A stretch of 64,000 nt of DNA from an uncultured bacterium (GTDB lineage Bacteria; Desulfobacterota_D; UBA1144; Nemesobacterales; UBA2774), in NCBI GenBank assembly GCA_963705505.1, contig CAVPJU010000006.1, forward strand, positions 704,001 through 768,000, in the 5' to 3' direction. How positions within the stretch are numbered: position 1 is the stretch's first letter; each line of letters begins with the position of its first letter. Shown piece by piece: positions 1 through 9,897 of the stretch. The notes under the pieces were generated by a model. The model saw only the letters and a list, made by a program, of their open reading frames with translations, did not search any database and was not told where the DNA came from. The position numbers and the translations under genes were made by a program.

Positions 1-72
1 TTTGCCAAAGGGCTCATTCCCCAGATAAGTTAACGACCTGACAGCATAGTCGAGAGTTTTCGTTACCTGCAT
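1..72 (-). CDS. Rrf2-family transcriptional regulator, 5' part (runs off the window edge)
   Basis: Hand translation from ATG at 72 gives MQVTKTLDYAVRSLTYLGNEPFGK, matching the Rrf2/IscR N-terminal DYAxRxLxYL pattern; AGGGAAG RBS upstream; not in the ORF track. Confidence 0.8.
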   Translation of the reverse strand, partial: MQVTKTLDYAVRSLTYLGNEPFGK

Positions 73-81
73 TTTTCTTCC

Positions 82-119
82 CTAATATGGATATTAGAAC
101 TCCATAATATGCATATTAT
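82..119. promoter_or_regulatory. Tandem palindromic operator-like sites upstream of the Rrf2 gene
   Basis: CTAATATGGATATTAG (82-97) and the perfect palindrome ATAATATGCATATTAT (104-119) share the core TAATATG-S-ATATTA. Confidence 0.55.
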
Positions 120-246
120 TATATGGTAAAAATTACCAGTGAATACATGCGGTGTCAATCAAAGGTCTTACCCGGCCCGATGTTTAATATACCAGAACCT
201 CCGTACTTGTTAAATAAATACCGCATGGGGAGAACGGAAAAAATCT

Positions 247-275
247 TTGACACGACCAGTATTTAAGGTTACAAT
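247..275 (+). promoter_or_regulatory. Sigma-70 promoter of sodA
   Basis: TTGACA (247-252), 17-bp spacer, TACAAT (270-275). Confidence 0.75.
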
Positions 276-389
276 ACGTTAGTTAACCGGTTTGCTGAAA
301 CACGGTTGTTTTTAATCGATTTTTCAATGTGAAATGCCTGAAACATCGGTTCTCCATTTGAAAAAAATTTAGCTTAGGGGGGAGAAACC

Positions 390-1001
390 ATGCCACACCA
401 ATTACCCAAACTTCCTTATGGTTACGATGCCTTGGAACCTCATATAGACGCCCGTACCATGGAGATTCATTATACGAAGCACCACCAGACTTATATAAAC
501 AACTTAAACGCCGCTCTTGAAAAACACCCCGAGCTTGCGGATAAGAGTGTGGAGGCTCTGCTCAAGGATCTGAACGCAATCCCCGAAGATATAAGGACTG
601 CGGTCCGAAATAACGGCGGCGGGCATGCCAACCATAGCCTTTTCTGGACCATAATGGGACCAAAGGGGGGCGGTGAGCCTAGCGGGGAGTTGGCTGAGGC
701 GATAAAATCGACCCTCGGCGGTTTTGATAGTTTTAAAGACCAGTTTTCCAAAGCTGCCGCCGGAAGGTTCGGCAGCGGCTGGGCATGGCTCTCGGTCGAC
801 GGAAAGGGTAAAATCTCGGTTACTTCGACACCTAACCAGGATAGTCCCTTGTCCGAAGGGTTGACTCCGATTCTCGGGCTTGACGTCTGGGAACACGCTT
901 ATTATCTCCACTATCAGAACAGAAGGCCTGATTATATCGCCGCATGGTGGAACGTCGTAAATTGGAAACAGGTGTCTTTAAATTACGCAGCAGCAAAATA
1001 G
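390..1001 (+). CDS. sodA: Superoxide dismutase, Mn/Fe family (Mn-type signature)
   Basis: [15 protein letters not shown] and DVWEHAYY motifs; GGG-H signature of Mn-type enzymes. Confidence 0.95.
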   Translation: MPHQLPKLPYGYDALEPHIDARTMEIHYTKHHQTYINNLNAALEKHPELADKSVEALLKDLNAIPEDIRTAVRNNGGGHANHSLFWTIMGPKGGGEPSGELAEAIKSTLGGFDSFKDQFSKAAAGRFGSGWAWLSVDGKGKISVTSTPNQDSPLSEGLTPILGLDVWEHAYYLHYQNRRPDYIAAWWNVVNWKQVSLNYAAAK

Positions 1002-1273
1002 GTTGAATTAATTTTGAGAATTTGATAGAATTGGCGGTAACCGGAAGGCAGGACATTTTTAATTTGCGGTATCGATTTTTTGTTTTGGATGAAATTTCTG
1101 AGTAGACGGTTTAGGGTTGTATAAGGGTAATAGTTTATACGCTTTAGCATTCGTTTCAGGAGGAATGGTAATTTCCCACCCCCTAAGTTTCCGATTTTTA
1201 TTTGGAAAAATTCAAATCCAGAGACATCTTCACGTTTGTTTCAGCAGCTGAATATCGTTTAAAGGAAGAAGAA

Positions 1274-2455
1274 ATGGAGACAAAATATAACGAGTTCGAT
1301 GAAACTGCATCCGTCAGCGAGTTTGGTGAGTTCGAGAGGGAGGACGATGAGGTTTCATCCATCAATTTCAAGGATAGTTATGCAAGGGAAGACAGGCAGG
1401 AATCTGAGTACGAATCGGAAAACGTAAATTCCAAGTCCAAATCGGACGATACCCCCGATGAGCAGCTCAGGCTCCTTTACGTCTATTTTAAGGACATGTC
1501 GGTTGAGCCTCTTTTCACTGCGCAGGAAGAGGTCGAAATTTCAGCAAAAATTAAGAAATGCGAGTCCCGGACCCGTGAGCTCGTGATTCTCGTAGGCAAA
1601 TTGGCGGACGGGAAAGTAAAACTAAACGGATTTGCCAGACACAGGAACGGCCACGGCAGTCTGAAAAACGGTTACCTCGAAAAGCGAATTAAAAGCCTTA
1701 ACGCCTTCATAAGGGTTTATTCGGAAAACGCGAAGAGGTTCAAGCAGAGGTTTGTAAAGGCCAATCTGAGGCTCGTCATTACCATATCGAGGAAGTACAT
1801 GGGCCGGGGGCTTCCGCTTTCCGACCTTATACAGGAAGGGAATATGGGGCTCATGCGGGCGGTCGAAAGATTCGACCACAGAAAGGGTTTCAAATTCTCG
1901 ACGTACGCCTCCTGGTGGATACACCAGGCTATACTGAGGGCGCTTCAGGGACAGACAAGGACTATTAAGGTCCCTGTTTACCTTCTCGAGCAGGCAAACA
2001 GGGTTTACAAGGTCAACGCTCTCCTGGCCAAGAAATTGAGCAGGAAGCCCACACCCAAGGAAATTGCCCGTAAATCCGGCATATCGGTCGAGGTCGTCAA
2101 GCGTATATTGAGGTCCACGAAGGATGCTATCAGCCTCGATACCCCTATACTCGACGGAGAGAAAACTACGCTGCTTGACTCCATAGCGGATAACGATACG
2201 GTAATCCCCGAGTCTCTCGTGGCTAAGTCCGACCTCACGGATAAGCTGAGGGAGGCGCTCATGCTCCTTAATCCGAGGGAGGAAGAGATTTTAAGGCTCA
2301 GGTTCGGAATCGACCAGCAGAGCACTTACACGCTCGACGAGATCGGAAGGAAGTTCAATCTCACGCGGGAGAGAATAAGGCAGATCGAAAAAGCCGCTCT
2401 CGGGAAACTCGCCAATTCCGATATCAAAGACCATCTGGAAAGCTTCCTGAGATAA
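1274..2455 (+). CDS. RNA polymerase sigma-70 family factor (RpoD/RpoS-like, probably group 2)
   Basis: ANLRLV, DLIQEGNMGLMRAVERFD, KFSTYASWWI, TRERIRQIE; ATG 1274 with AAGGAAG upstream preferred over TTG 1202. Confidence 0.9.
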   Translation: METKYNEFDETASVSEFGEFEREDDEVSSINFKDSYAREDRQESEYESENVNSKSKSDDTPDEQLRLLYVYFKDMSVEPLFTAQEEVEISAKIKKCESRTRELVILVGKLADGKVKLNGFARHRNGHGSLKNGYLEKRIKSLNAFIRVYSENAKRFKQRFVKANLRLVITISRKYMGRGLPLSDLIQEGNMGLMRAVERFDHRKGFKFSTYASWWIHQAILRALQGQTRTIKVPVYLLEQANRVYKVNALLAKKLSRKPTPKEIARKSGISVEVVKRILRSTKDAISLDTPILDGEKTTLLDSIADNDTVIPESLVAKSDLTDKLREALMLLNPREEEILRLRFGIDQQSTYTLDEIGRKFNLTRERIRQIEKAALGKLANSDIKDHLESFLR

Positions 2456-2559
2456 GCGCTGCGGCCGGATGGTGTAATTATATCTCGGCCCAAGGACTCT
2501 CTCTCGGCACTCAATTACAATTTCAGCACCGGAATAAACGCAGGCAAGCAGTGGGTCGA

Positions 2560-2880
2560 TTAATCGAGAAGTCCTCCGATTATCGCTCCTATGAGGAGCG
2601 GGCCCACGTTCGACGCGACAAGCACAAACGCTCCTGCCCCGGCAACGACACCGATAAGCGGAGCGCCCGTGAGCGCGGATGCGAATACGAAGAGTAAGCC
2701 TCCGAGAACAATCGCAGGCAATAAGGCTGCGATTATGGCATTCCCGACCCCTCCCGCTTTCTTGCCCCCAACAATGCCTGCTATGAGAGGGCCTACTGAG
2801 GGGAGCCAGAAAAGCAGGATAGATATAATGAGCATCCAGAACAGCCCCGCCAGTATGCTCCCTTTTTTTTGCTCATTCAT
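2560..2880 (-). CDS. Small Gly/Ala-rich integral membrane protein
   Basis: 106 aa, almost entirely hydrophobic, about 3-4 TM segments. Confidence 0.7.
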   Translation of the reverse strand: MNEQKKGSILAGLFWMLIISILLFWLPSVGPLIAGIVGGKKAGGVGNAIIAALLPAIVLGGLLFVFASALTGAPLIGVVAGAGAFVLVASNVGPLLIGAIIGGLLD

Positions 2881-2953
2881 ATCGCGTTCCGGGTTTTACC
2901 GATTCGGATGACATAAGATAAAAATATACTATCGAGATATTAAAATGTGAAAT

Positions 2954-2989
2954 AAAAAGCCCGATCTCATTTGCGAGATCGGGCTTTTT
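2954..2989. terminator. Rho-independent terminator downstream of nrdJ (bidirectional shape)
   Basis: AAAAAGCCCGATCTC-ATTTGC-GAGATCGGGCTTTTT perfect inverted repeat with A/T tails. Confidence 0.85.
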
Positions 2990-3024
2990 GCTTCTCATCA
3001 TCCTCTCATGGAACTTTTATGATT

Positions 3025-5523
3025 TTAGTCGCATTTGGAGAACCCGCAGCTTCTGCATGTCACGCATCCCTGCTCGAATGCGAGTGCCCTGTCCCCGCAG
3101 TCGGGGCAGCGCTCGAGATTTAAATCAACTGCGCGCTTTGTAGTTTGCGAATCGTTTTCTGATGACTCTACGAAGTGTTTCTTTAAAACCGTGGCGATTG
3201 CATCCGGTATCGACATCACGAGCTTCCCTTCCGAGAAAACCGGAGACGATCCCCCTATCCCTTCGAGCTGCTCTACTACATCTTTTACGCTTATGCCCGA
3301 CCTCAGCGCAAGGGAAACGAGCCTGCCCGTCGCCTCGGCGTCCGCCATTGTGGAGTACCCCGATTTACCTATCTGTACGAAGACCTCAAACGGCCTTCCG
3401 TCATAGGTATTGATGGTAACGTACAGGTTTCCGTACCCGGTCTTTATGACTTCCGTAAACCCTTGCAGGAACTGAGGCCTTTTTATCGGCTTGATCTCCG
3501 GCATTTGGGTTGGACGAGGGGATGAGATGGGGTTGGGGTGATGGGTTTTTTTCATCCCCTCGTCCTGGGTCTGGGTCGGAAGCTTTATTTCGTCTTTTAT
3601 TTGCTGGGCCTTTATCTGGTCCTCTGTAACCAGTATGCCCTCTCTCGAGCCCTCCCTGTAAACGGTAATGCCTTTACAGCCGAGCTTCCACGCGAGGAAG
3701 TAGATCTTCTCCACTTCGTCCAGTGTTATGTCGGCCGGGAGGTTCACGGTGCTTGAAATACATGAATCGATATGCTTCTGAATCGCTGCCTGCATGCGCA
3801 CCCTCATTTCAGGCTCGATGTCGTGGGAGGTTACGAATGTCTTCGGAACATCTTTTTCATTTTGCAAATCGTATTTTTCTAAATATTCCTCTACTAGCGG
3901 GTGATAGACCTTAAATTCCCCTTTCGAGAGGGATTTGGAGCGCCTGAAGTAAGATAGTGCGAACATGGGCTCTACGCCGCTTGTCGTTCCGGCAAGCACG
4001 GAGCCGCTGCCGACGGGAGGGACGGTGAGTATGCACGCGTTCCTGAGCCCTTGTCTCTTTATTTTTTCCAGTACGCGGCCGTCGATCGTTTTCAGGAACG
4101 GAAGCGTCAAATGAGTGTCCCTGACGTAGGCGGGGAAAGTACCCTTCTCCGTTGCGAGATCGGAGCTCGCTTCGTACACGGTGTTTTTAATGTGTTCGAA
4201 CATCTTGTCGGCGAACTCAACGGCCTCGTTCGTATCGTATTTAATGTTCAGTTTTGCGAGCATGTCCCCGAATCCCGTAAAGCCGACCCCGATGCGCCTC
4301 GAGTGTGTAGACGCTTTTGTCTGATATACGAGGGGGTGCTTCTGCATGTTGTAGTCGAGCACGTTGTCCAGGAACCTTACAGAGTATTTGAACGCCTTTT
4401 CGAGGTTTTCCCAATCGATGGAAGCTTCTTCGGTGAATGCGTCCTTTACGAACGGCGACAGGTTAATGTTGCCGAGGCAGCAGTTTCCGTAGTCCTCAAG
4501 AGCCTGCTCGCTGCAGGGGTTGACGCCGTTTACTTCCATACCGCCGTACTCGGTGGGGGAATACCTCTTTACGGCATCCCAGAATATAACGCCCGGCTCT
4601 GCGGATGCCCATGCTGATTTTACGAGCTTTTCCCAGAGCGCTCTCGCTTGGACGGTCTTTGCGTACTTGACCTTCTCGTTTTCGAACTTGAGCTCGAAAT
4701 CCCTGTCTTCCTCGACTGCGCGCATGAACTCATCAGAGATCTTTACGGAGATGTTCGCGAATTTGACTCTTGACCTTTCGAGGTCGTTTTTAACGTCGAT
4801 AAATTCCTGTATATCCGGGTGGTTAACGTTGATTGTTATCATCAGGGCGCCCCGCCTCCCCGCCTGGCCGATCGTGCCGGTTGTTGTCGAAAGGAGGTCC
4901 ATGAAAGATACCGCACCCGTCGAGTATATAGCCGAATTGTTGACGGGAGCGCCTTTCGGCCTCAGGATGGATATGTCCGTCCCCACGCCGCCCCCGAACG
5001 AGTATGTCCTCGCCGCCTCCTTGCACCATTCGAATATGCCCTCTATGGAATCCTCTTTGATAGGCATGTAGTAGCAGTTAAGGAGTGTGGCCCTTCTGTT
5101 TTGCCCGGCTCCGAAAAGAATCCTGCCTCCGGGTATGAATTTGAAATCAGACAGCAGCCAGTAGAAATTGTCTTCCCATTCTTTCTTCTGCTCTTTCGTC
5201 TTCTCCGGAGAGGCTATTTCTCTTGCGACTCTATGCCACATGTCTTCAGGGGTCAGCTCCACGATCCTCCCGGTTTTGTCCCGGAGAGCGTACTTCTCAT
5301 AAAAAACGCGCGCGCGCAGCTCATCGCCGCCGAACGCCTTCAATGTCTTTTCCGGGAGATCCATGACCCCTTCCGTCTTCTGGACAAATTCTTCCTCTTC
5401 CTGGGTGTTTTGAATTGTCGATACCTCGATTTCCGGGATTTCCGGTTCGAGGCTTTTGTCCATCAATTTAGTCCCATGGCCGTTTCCGTTTGTCTGTGTG
5501 GGGCTGAGTTTATCAGAAGACAT
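3025..5523 (-). CDS. nrdJ: Adenosylcobalamin-dependent (class II) ribonucleotide reductase with C-terminal TSCPD-like domain
   Basis: FIPGGRIL, NPCSEQ, CCLGNINL, PPVGSGS, ISSTVNLP, KGITVYR; C-terminal CPDCG...CRSCGFSKC; no NrdB partner adjacent. Confidence 0.92.
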   Translation of the reverse strand: MSSDKLSPTQTNGNGHGTKLMDKSLEPEIPEIEVSTIQNTQEEEEFVQKTEGVMDLPEKTLKAFGGDELRARVFYEKYALRDKTGRIVELTPEDMWHRVAREIASPEKTKEQKKEWEDNFYWLLSDFKFIPGGRILFGAGQNRRATLLNCYYMPIKEDSIEGIFEWCKEAARTYSFGGGVGTDISILRPKGAPVNNSAIYSTGAVSFMDLLSTTTGTIGQAGRRGALMITINVNHPDIQEFIDVKNDLERSRVKFANISVKISDEFMRAVEEDRDFELKFENEKVKYAKTVQARALWEKLVKSAWASAEPGVIFWDAVKRYSPTEYGGMEVNGVNPCSEQALEDYGNCCLGNINLSPFVKDAFTEEASIDWENLEKAFKYSVRFLDNVLDYNMQKHPLVYQTKASTHSRRIGVGFTGFGDMLAKLNIKYDTNEAVEFADKMFEHIKNTVYEASSDLATEKGTFPAYVRDTHLTLPFLKTIDGRVLEKIKRQGLRNACILTVPPVGSGSVLAGTTSGVEPMFALSYFRRSKSLSKGEFKVYHPLVEEYLEKYDLQNEKDVPKTFVTSHDIEPEMRVRMQAAIQKHIDSCISSTVNLPADITLDEVEKIYFLAWKLGCKGITVYREGSREGILVTEDQIKAQQIKDEIKLPTQTQDEGMKKTHHPNPISSPRPTQMPEIKPIKRPQFLQGFTEVIKTGYGNLYVTINTYDGRPFEVFVQIGKSGYSTMADAEATGRLVSLALRSGISVKDVVEQLEGIGGSSPVFSEGKLVMSIPDAIATVLKKHFVESSENDSQTTKRAVDLNLERCPDCGDRALAFEQGCVTCRSCGFSKCD

Positions 5524-5548
5524 CTAGCCATCCTCCTTTTGTAACATT

Positions 5549-5602
5549 GCATTATATATTGTGCTATGAATCGATTGAACCACAATATGTTGTGGTTGTC
5601 AA
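5549..5602 (-). promoter_or_regulatory. nrdJ promoter with two tandem NrdR boxes
   Basis: GCATTATATATTGTGC (5549-5564) and CCACAATATGTTGTGG (5580-5595), 31 bp apart; minus-strand TTGACA(5602-5597)-N17-TTCAAT(5579-5574) brackets the second box. Confidence 0.85.
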
Positions 5603-5936
5603 GGGGGTTTTTATGGATTATTTATCATCAAAAAATAATGTTGTGTGAATTCGGAAGGTTATACAGAAAAAAATTTTTTGGCGGAAAAAATTTTTATGTT
5701 CGCATGGCGGTTGAAAAGCATAGTTAAAGCGTGATTTGAATAAGATTAGGGGATTGTCTGAAGATTTTCAGGCTGACTTCGCGATTCAATCTCAGGGCTT
5801 AAAAAAGCAGGCTCGGACATACTAACATCTTTTAAATTTTTTTGCAAGTAGGTGTTAATTTTTTGTTAAGATTATTAAAAAAACTCATGCTGTCCGGGGA
5901 CTATGTACAGGAAATCCCATATAATTAATCGAGCTT

Positions 5937-6561
5937 ATGGAACCGAATACCGAGGAGAGCAGGCAGGCATTCATACTGAATTTCTGGTTCGGCGATCTTA
6001 AGGAGGGAGATGTCCCTCCCGAAGAATTGAGCCGGATGTGGTGGGCAAAGGACGAAAAGACGGACGAATATATCAGGACTAATTTCGAATCCGACATTGC
6101 GGATGCAAAAGAAGGCAGGCTCCACGAATGGGAAAAGACTCCGCGCGGCACGCTCGCTCTCATAGTACTGCTCGACCAGTTCTCGAGGAATGTGTACAGG
6201 GACACGCCAGGGGCTTTTTCGCAGGATCGGCCAGGCATTGGAAATAGCCGTAAGCGGGATCGAAAAGGGGTTTGACAAGGAGCTCCATCCCATTGAAAGG
6301 GTGTTCTTCTATATGCCCTTCATGCACCGTGAGGATATCGATATGCAGAAGAGGTCGATAGCCCTGTTTGCGGCTTTAGAGAGGGGTTTCACTTCCCCTG
6401 CTGAACTTGCGGAAATGCTTTCTACCAACAGTGAATACGCCCGAAGGCACTATGCGATTATAGAGAGGTTCGGAAGGTACCCGCATAGGAATAAGATACT
6501 GGGTAGGGAATCGACGCCTGAGGAGGTCGAATTCTTGAAACAGCCGGGGTCATCTTTTTGA
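5937..6561 (+). pseudogene. DUF924-family protein split by a +1 frameshift near 6228-6232
   Basis: ILNFWF and LALIVLLDQFSRN in one frame, FFYMPFMH and IIERFGRYPHRN in the next; removing one base gives a 207-aa protein. Confidence 0.8.
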
Positions 6562-6592
6562 GTTGATAGAGCGTCCGGGTTTGAACTCAAGC

Positions 6593-6970
6593 TCACTTTG
6601 GTTCGGCGTAATGAACGATTACCCTCTCGATTCTTCCCTCACTATCGAGGAACATGACCTCGGCGGCGAGCATCCCCTTTACGCTCCTATAATAGAGGGT
6701 AAGGCTCTTTACTCCCGTGAGTATATTTAACAGCTCGAATTTAAGGTCGGGATAGGCATCGAGCCCCTTTCTGAAATATGCCCTCAGCTTAATTTTTCCC
6801 TTGATTGTACCCGAGGCTTCCCCCATGAGTTTTTCGACGAAGGGGGAAGTGAATTCCACATCTTCTGCGTAGTGAGAGAGTATGGAATCGAGGTCATGCC
6901 TGTTCCATGCATCGATCCAATCCTTCGGCCATTTGTACGGGCTTCTTCCGAGGAAATCATAGAAATCCAT
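6593..6970 (-). CDS. SnoaL/NTF2-like family protein
   Basis: WIDAWNRHDLDSILSHYAEDVEFTSP motif. Confidence 0.8.
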   Translation of the reverse strand: MDFYDFLGRSPYKWPKDWIDAWNRHDLDSILSHYAEDVEFTSPFVEKLMGEASGTIKGKIKLRAYFRKGLDAYPDLKFELLNILTGVKSLTLYYRSVKGMLAAEVMFLDSEGRIERVIVHYAEPK

Positions 6971-7058
6971 TCTGGAGTCTCTTTTTAAAGCTTATTTGCC
7001 GAAACGCTCCGCGATATACTCCGGTTTGATATTAATTCTCACTCTGGCAGCGGTTGAG

Positions 7059-7466
7059 TTACTTTCCCTTGAGCTTAGCCTCAATCTTGCTGAGTACATA
7101 GCGCGACAGGCTCTCATCGCCGAATGTACCCACCCTTATCGATATGTCGGTCAGGTTATCTGTGACTCTTTTAAGCTGTATCTTTACGGTTTTATTGTCG
7201 GCTGTTTTCGATTCGAGCTCGGCCGAGACGTCGTCTTTTATCTTATTGACTACGAGGAACTGCAGATCATCGATTGCGGCGACAGTAGCCCCCCACGTTT
7301 TGTTAAGAGATGCTTCTTCAGTGGCTTTTAATTCGCCTTTTATATATGCTACCGTACCGGCTCCTGCTGCTGCCGCCCCGCCCACCGCTGCCGCCGCCAG
7401 GCACCCGGTCAATATGAACGGACATGCTGCCAGTAATAGTAAAATCAAGAGTTTCTGCTTTTTCAT
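7059..7466 (-). CDS. DUF3568-like lipoprotein
   Basis: Lipobox LTGC, AAAVGGAAAAGAG stretch, IRVGTFGDESLSR C-terminal motif. Confidence 0.75.
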   Translation of the reverse strand: MKKQKLLILLLLAACPFILTGCLAAAAVGGAAAAGAGTVAYIKGELKATEEASLNKTWGATVAAIDDLQFLVVNKIKDDVSAELESKTADNKTVKIQLKRVTDNLTDISIRVGTFGDESLSRYVLSKIEAKLKGK

Positions 7467-8037
7467 AACGTGCTTCCTCCGGTCTTCATGGTCTTAATAG
7501 ATTTGATTACGCGTAAGTCAATCAATTATATCCGGTGATAGTTGATTTTCGCAACTGGAATGTTCATTTGGCAAATATAACGCCGGCGGGCGTCGATCTT
7601 AATTATTACTGCGCCTCGGACAGGCGCATATACAAAGGGTCGAGCGGAGTCGGTCTCGGGAAAAAGAGCGTTTCCGAACAAAACCAGTCATATGACTGTC
7701 GTTATCGAGTTGTTGAATTATTACTCCCGCATTATTAGAATTGTAATATCACGGGGTAACAGCGGGGATTAAATTCGGATGGGAAATAATAAAGCAATGG
7801 TCTATTCAGGGGAACTGAGACATTCTGAAACTTTTTATGGGCATAATCGTATTTTTATAAAGAGGGACGGCATCGTTATCAGGGCGGATGACGGGGAGTG
7901 CATCGCTGCCCCGGTGGAAGGAATAATGAAGAATCCAAGGTCAAAATTGCGAAGCGCGCGAGAGCGGTCGGAAGGATGTTTCCGGACAGTGACTGTATAT
8001 CCGTTTTAAAAACTATGAATACACCTGACCTTCGAGC

Positions 8038-9891
8038 ATGGCATCGATAAACGAAGACTATCTAATACCGCTCGTTATAGGGGTGACCAGCCGGAAGGGT
8101 ACCGTTGCGGATGAAGAACGTCTGTCCGGACTCATAAGCGGAGAGATGGTCAGGCTCAGGAATACGTTTCCGAATTCTCCGTTCATTGTCATTTCTTCTC
8201 TTGCGGAGCGGGAGGAACGCCTCACCGCCAGGCTTGCGATCGAGCACCTGCGGGCGAGGCTCATAGCAATACTTCCGCAACCGCCCGAGCAATGTGTAAA
8301 TACGCTTCAGAACGATATTAACAGGGAGGACTTTTCACGAATTCTCGACCTGGCGGAGTCCTCACTCGATATCTCATCGCTGATGCAACTGAGGCTCGGT
8401 GTGAAAAGATACGATTTATTGGAAGACAGCGCGTTGAGGGAGAGCTTTACTGCCGCCTTTATTGCCGAGCATAGCGAGATTCTGTTCGCGATTTGTGCGG
8501 ATGAAACTGAGGGAGAGACAGACACGACCGCTCAGATTATTAACTGGATAAGGGAAGGCAGCATCACACGCGAATTCTCTTTGAGGGAGAGCAAAACAGG
8601 CCTGGATAATTTGGACAAAAGCATGATAATCTCAATAAATCCCATAACCTGCCTGACAGCGACTGAATCCGCCCCGCCCGAGGAAAATACAGAAGCGGCA
8701 AATGATGAATCCGGGGATCAAACGGGATTTATGCGTTCTATTCTCAGCAAGTTCTCCGGGAGTATCTTCGGGTTCGTCGAGAACGTGAGTGATTCTCTCG
8801 ATAACCTATATGATTATTATTTCAAGCATACGGCAGCCCAGGCGACGGATAAATATGAAAAATCGCCCTTCATAAATATAATAGAGAGGATCGACGGATT
8901 TAACCTCGATATCAGGAATTATTATGAGGGTCACGGTGAGCAAGAGCTCAATCAATCTAAAAAGTATTTACTCCAGAGTGAATCAGATAACGAGCTCATT
9001 TCGGATAATCCGACACTCCAAAGAATTATATCCCTTTACTCGGGCGCGGATGTTTTATCCCAGTACTATCAGAAAAAAACCTCGGGCCTCATAAACTGGA
9101 TCTACGCCCTCTTTTTAGTTGCCGTCTTGCTCTATGGACTGATCAATATGAGTTCTTATCTGGTCCTTTTCTACATAGGTTTAATACCCGCCATTGCCCT
9201 TCTGGTTAAAAAGAGTCTGAAAGACAGGGTGGAGGATCGGTTTCTCGACTACAGGGCCCTCGCGGAGGGGCTGCGCGTACAGGTCTTCTGGACGCTGTGC
9301 GGGATAAATGAGAACGTTTCATCCCACTACCTGAGCAAGTATGAGGGATTGCTGACCTGGATCAGGAAAGCGGTGAGGAGCATCGAGATTATGACGTTAA
9401 GAACGGACAGCGGAGATGGGCGGCGGGATAAATCCGCGCTGGTGGATATTACAAAAAGATTATGGATAGACTCGCAGCTCGATTATTTCAGGTCGAAGAG
9501 GAGACCGATTTTCATGAGGTCACGGCAGTTCGGGAATGTTGTATTTTTATCTTTTGTATTTACTCTTCTGACGGACGTCGTGTACGGCGCATACGTTCTG
9601 ATAGCCGGAGTCGACAACGGCAAAGCGATAAATGATTTTCAGATTCTCCTGGGCGTGATTGCCGCTGTCGGAGTTGCCGCCCAGGCATATAAAAATAAGA
9701 AGGCCTACGACGAGCTCGAGAGGAGGTACAGCCTGGCCCAGCAAATTTACGCCGCCGCGAAGAGGGAGCTCGAAATCGGCAAAGTGCCCGCGGAGAAGAT
9801 TCTCGTCGCGGTCGGCAGGGAAGCTTTGCTTGAGAACAGTGACTGGCTCTGGACTCACAGGAATGTTCCGATAGAGCTGCCCAAAGGATAG
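8038..9891 (+). CDS. SLOG-like (degenerate) plus tandem 2-TM SLATT-like membrane protein; paralog of the next gene
   Basis: LVIGVTSRK, SSLAERE and ILFAIC align with SLOG motifs; about four TM helices; RFLDYRALAEGLR, QLDYF and ENSDW shared with the neighbour. Confidence 0.65.
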   Translation: MASINEDYLIPLVIGVTSRKGTVADEERLSGLISGEMVRLRNTFPNSPFIVISSLAEREERLTARLAIEHLRARLIAILPQPPEQCVNTLQNDINREDFSRILDLAESSLDISSLMQLRLGVKRYDLLEDSALRESFTAAFIAEHSEILFAICADETEGETDTTAQIINWIREGSITREFSLRESKTGLDNLDKSMIISINPITCLTATESAPPEENTEAANDESGDQTGFMRSILSKFSGSIFGFVENVSDSLDNLYDYYFKHTAAQATDKYEKSPFINIIERIDGFNLDIRNYYEGHGEQELNQSKKYLLQSESDNELISDNPTLQRIISLYSGADVLSQYYQKKTSGLINWIYALFLVAVLLYGLINMSSYLVLFYIGLIPAIALLVKKSLKDRVEDRFLDYRALAEGLRVQVFWTLCGINENVSSHYLSKYEGLLTWIRKAVRSIEIMTLRTDSGDGRRDKSALVDITKRLWIDSQLDYFRSKRRPIFMRSRQFGNVVFLSFVFTLLTDVVYGAYVLIAGVDNGKAINDFQILLGVIAAVGVAAQAYKNKKAYDELERRYSLAQQIYAAAKRELEIGKVPAEKILVAVGREALLENSDWLWTHRNVPIELPKG

Positions 9892-9897
9892 AGTCTC

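Noticed and set aside
281..389. yybP-ykoY manganese riboswitch ahead of sodA
   Set aside because: The characteristic GGGGAGUAGC-type motif is absent
3025..5900. Intein or intron in nrdJ, or a cobalamin riboswitch upstream
   Set aside because: The protein is collinear with class II RNR motifs with no splicing motifs, and the AT-rich upstream region shows no B12-box
7535..8009. Two short ORFs upstream of the SLOG operon as additional system components
   Set aside because: No recognisable motifs or convincing RBS; cannot be supported, although 7779-8009 is not excluded
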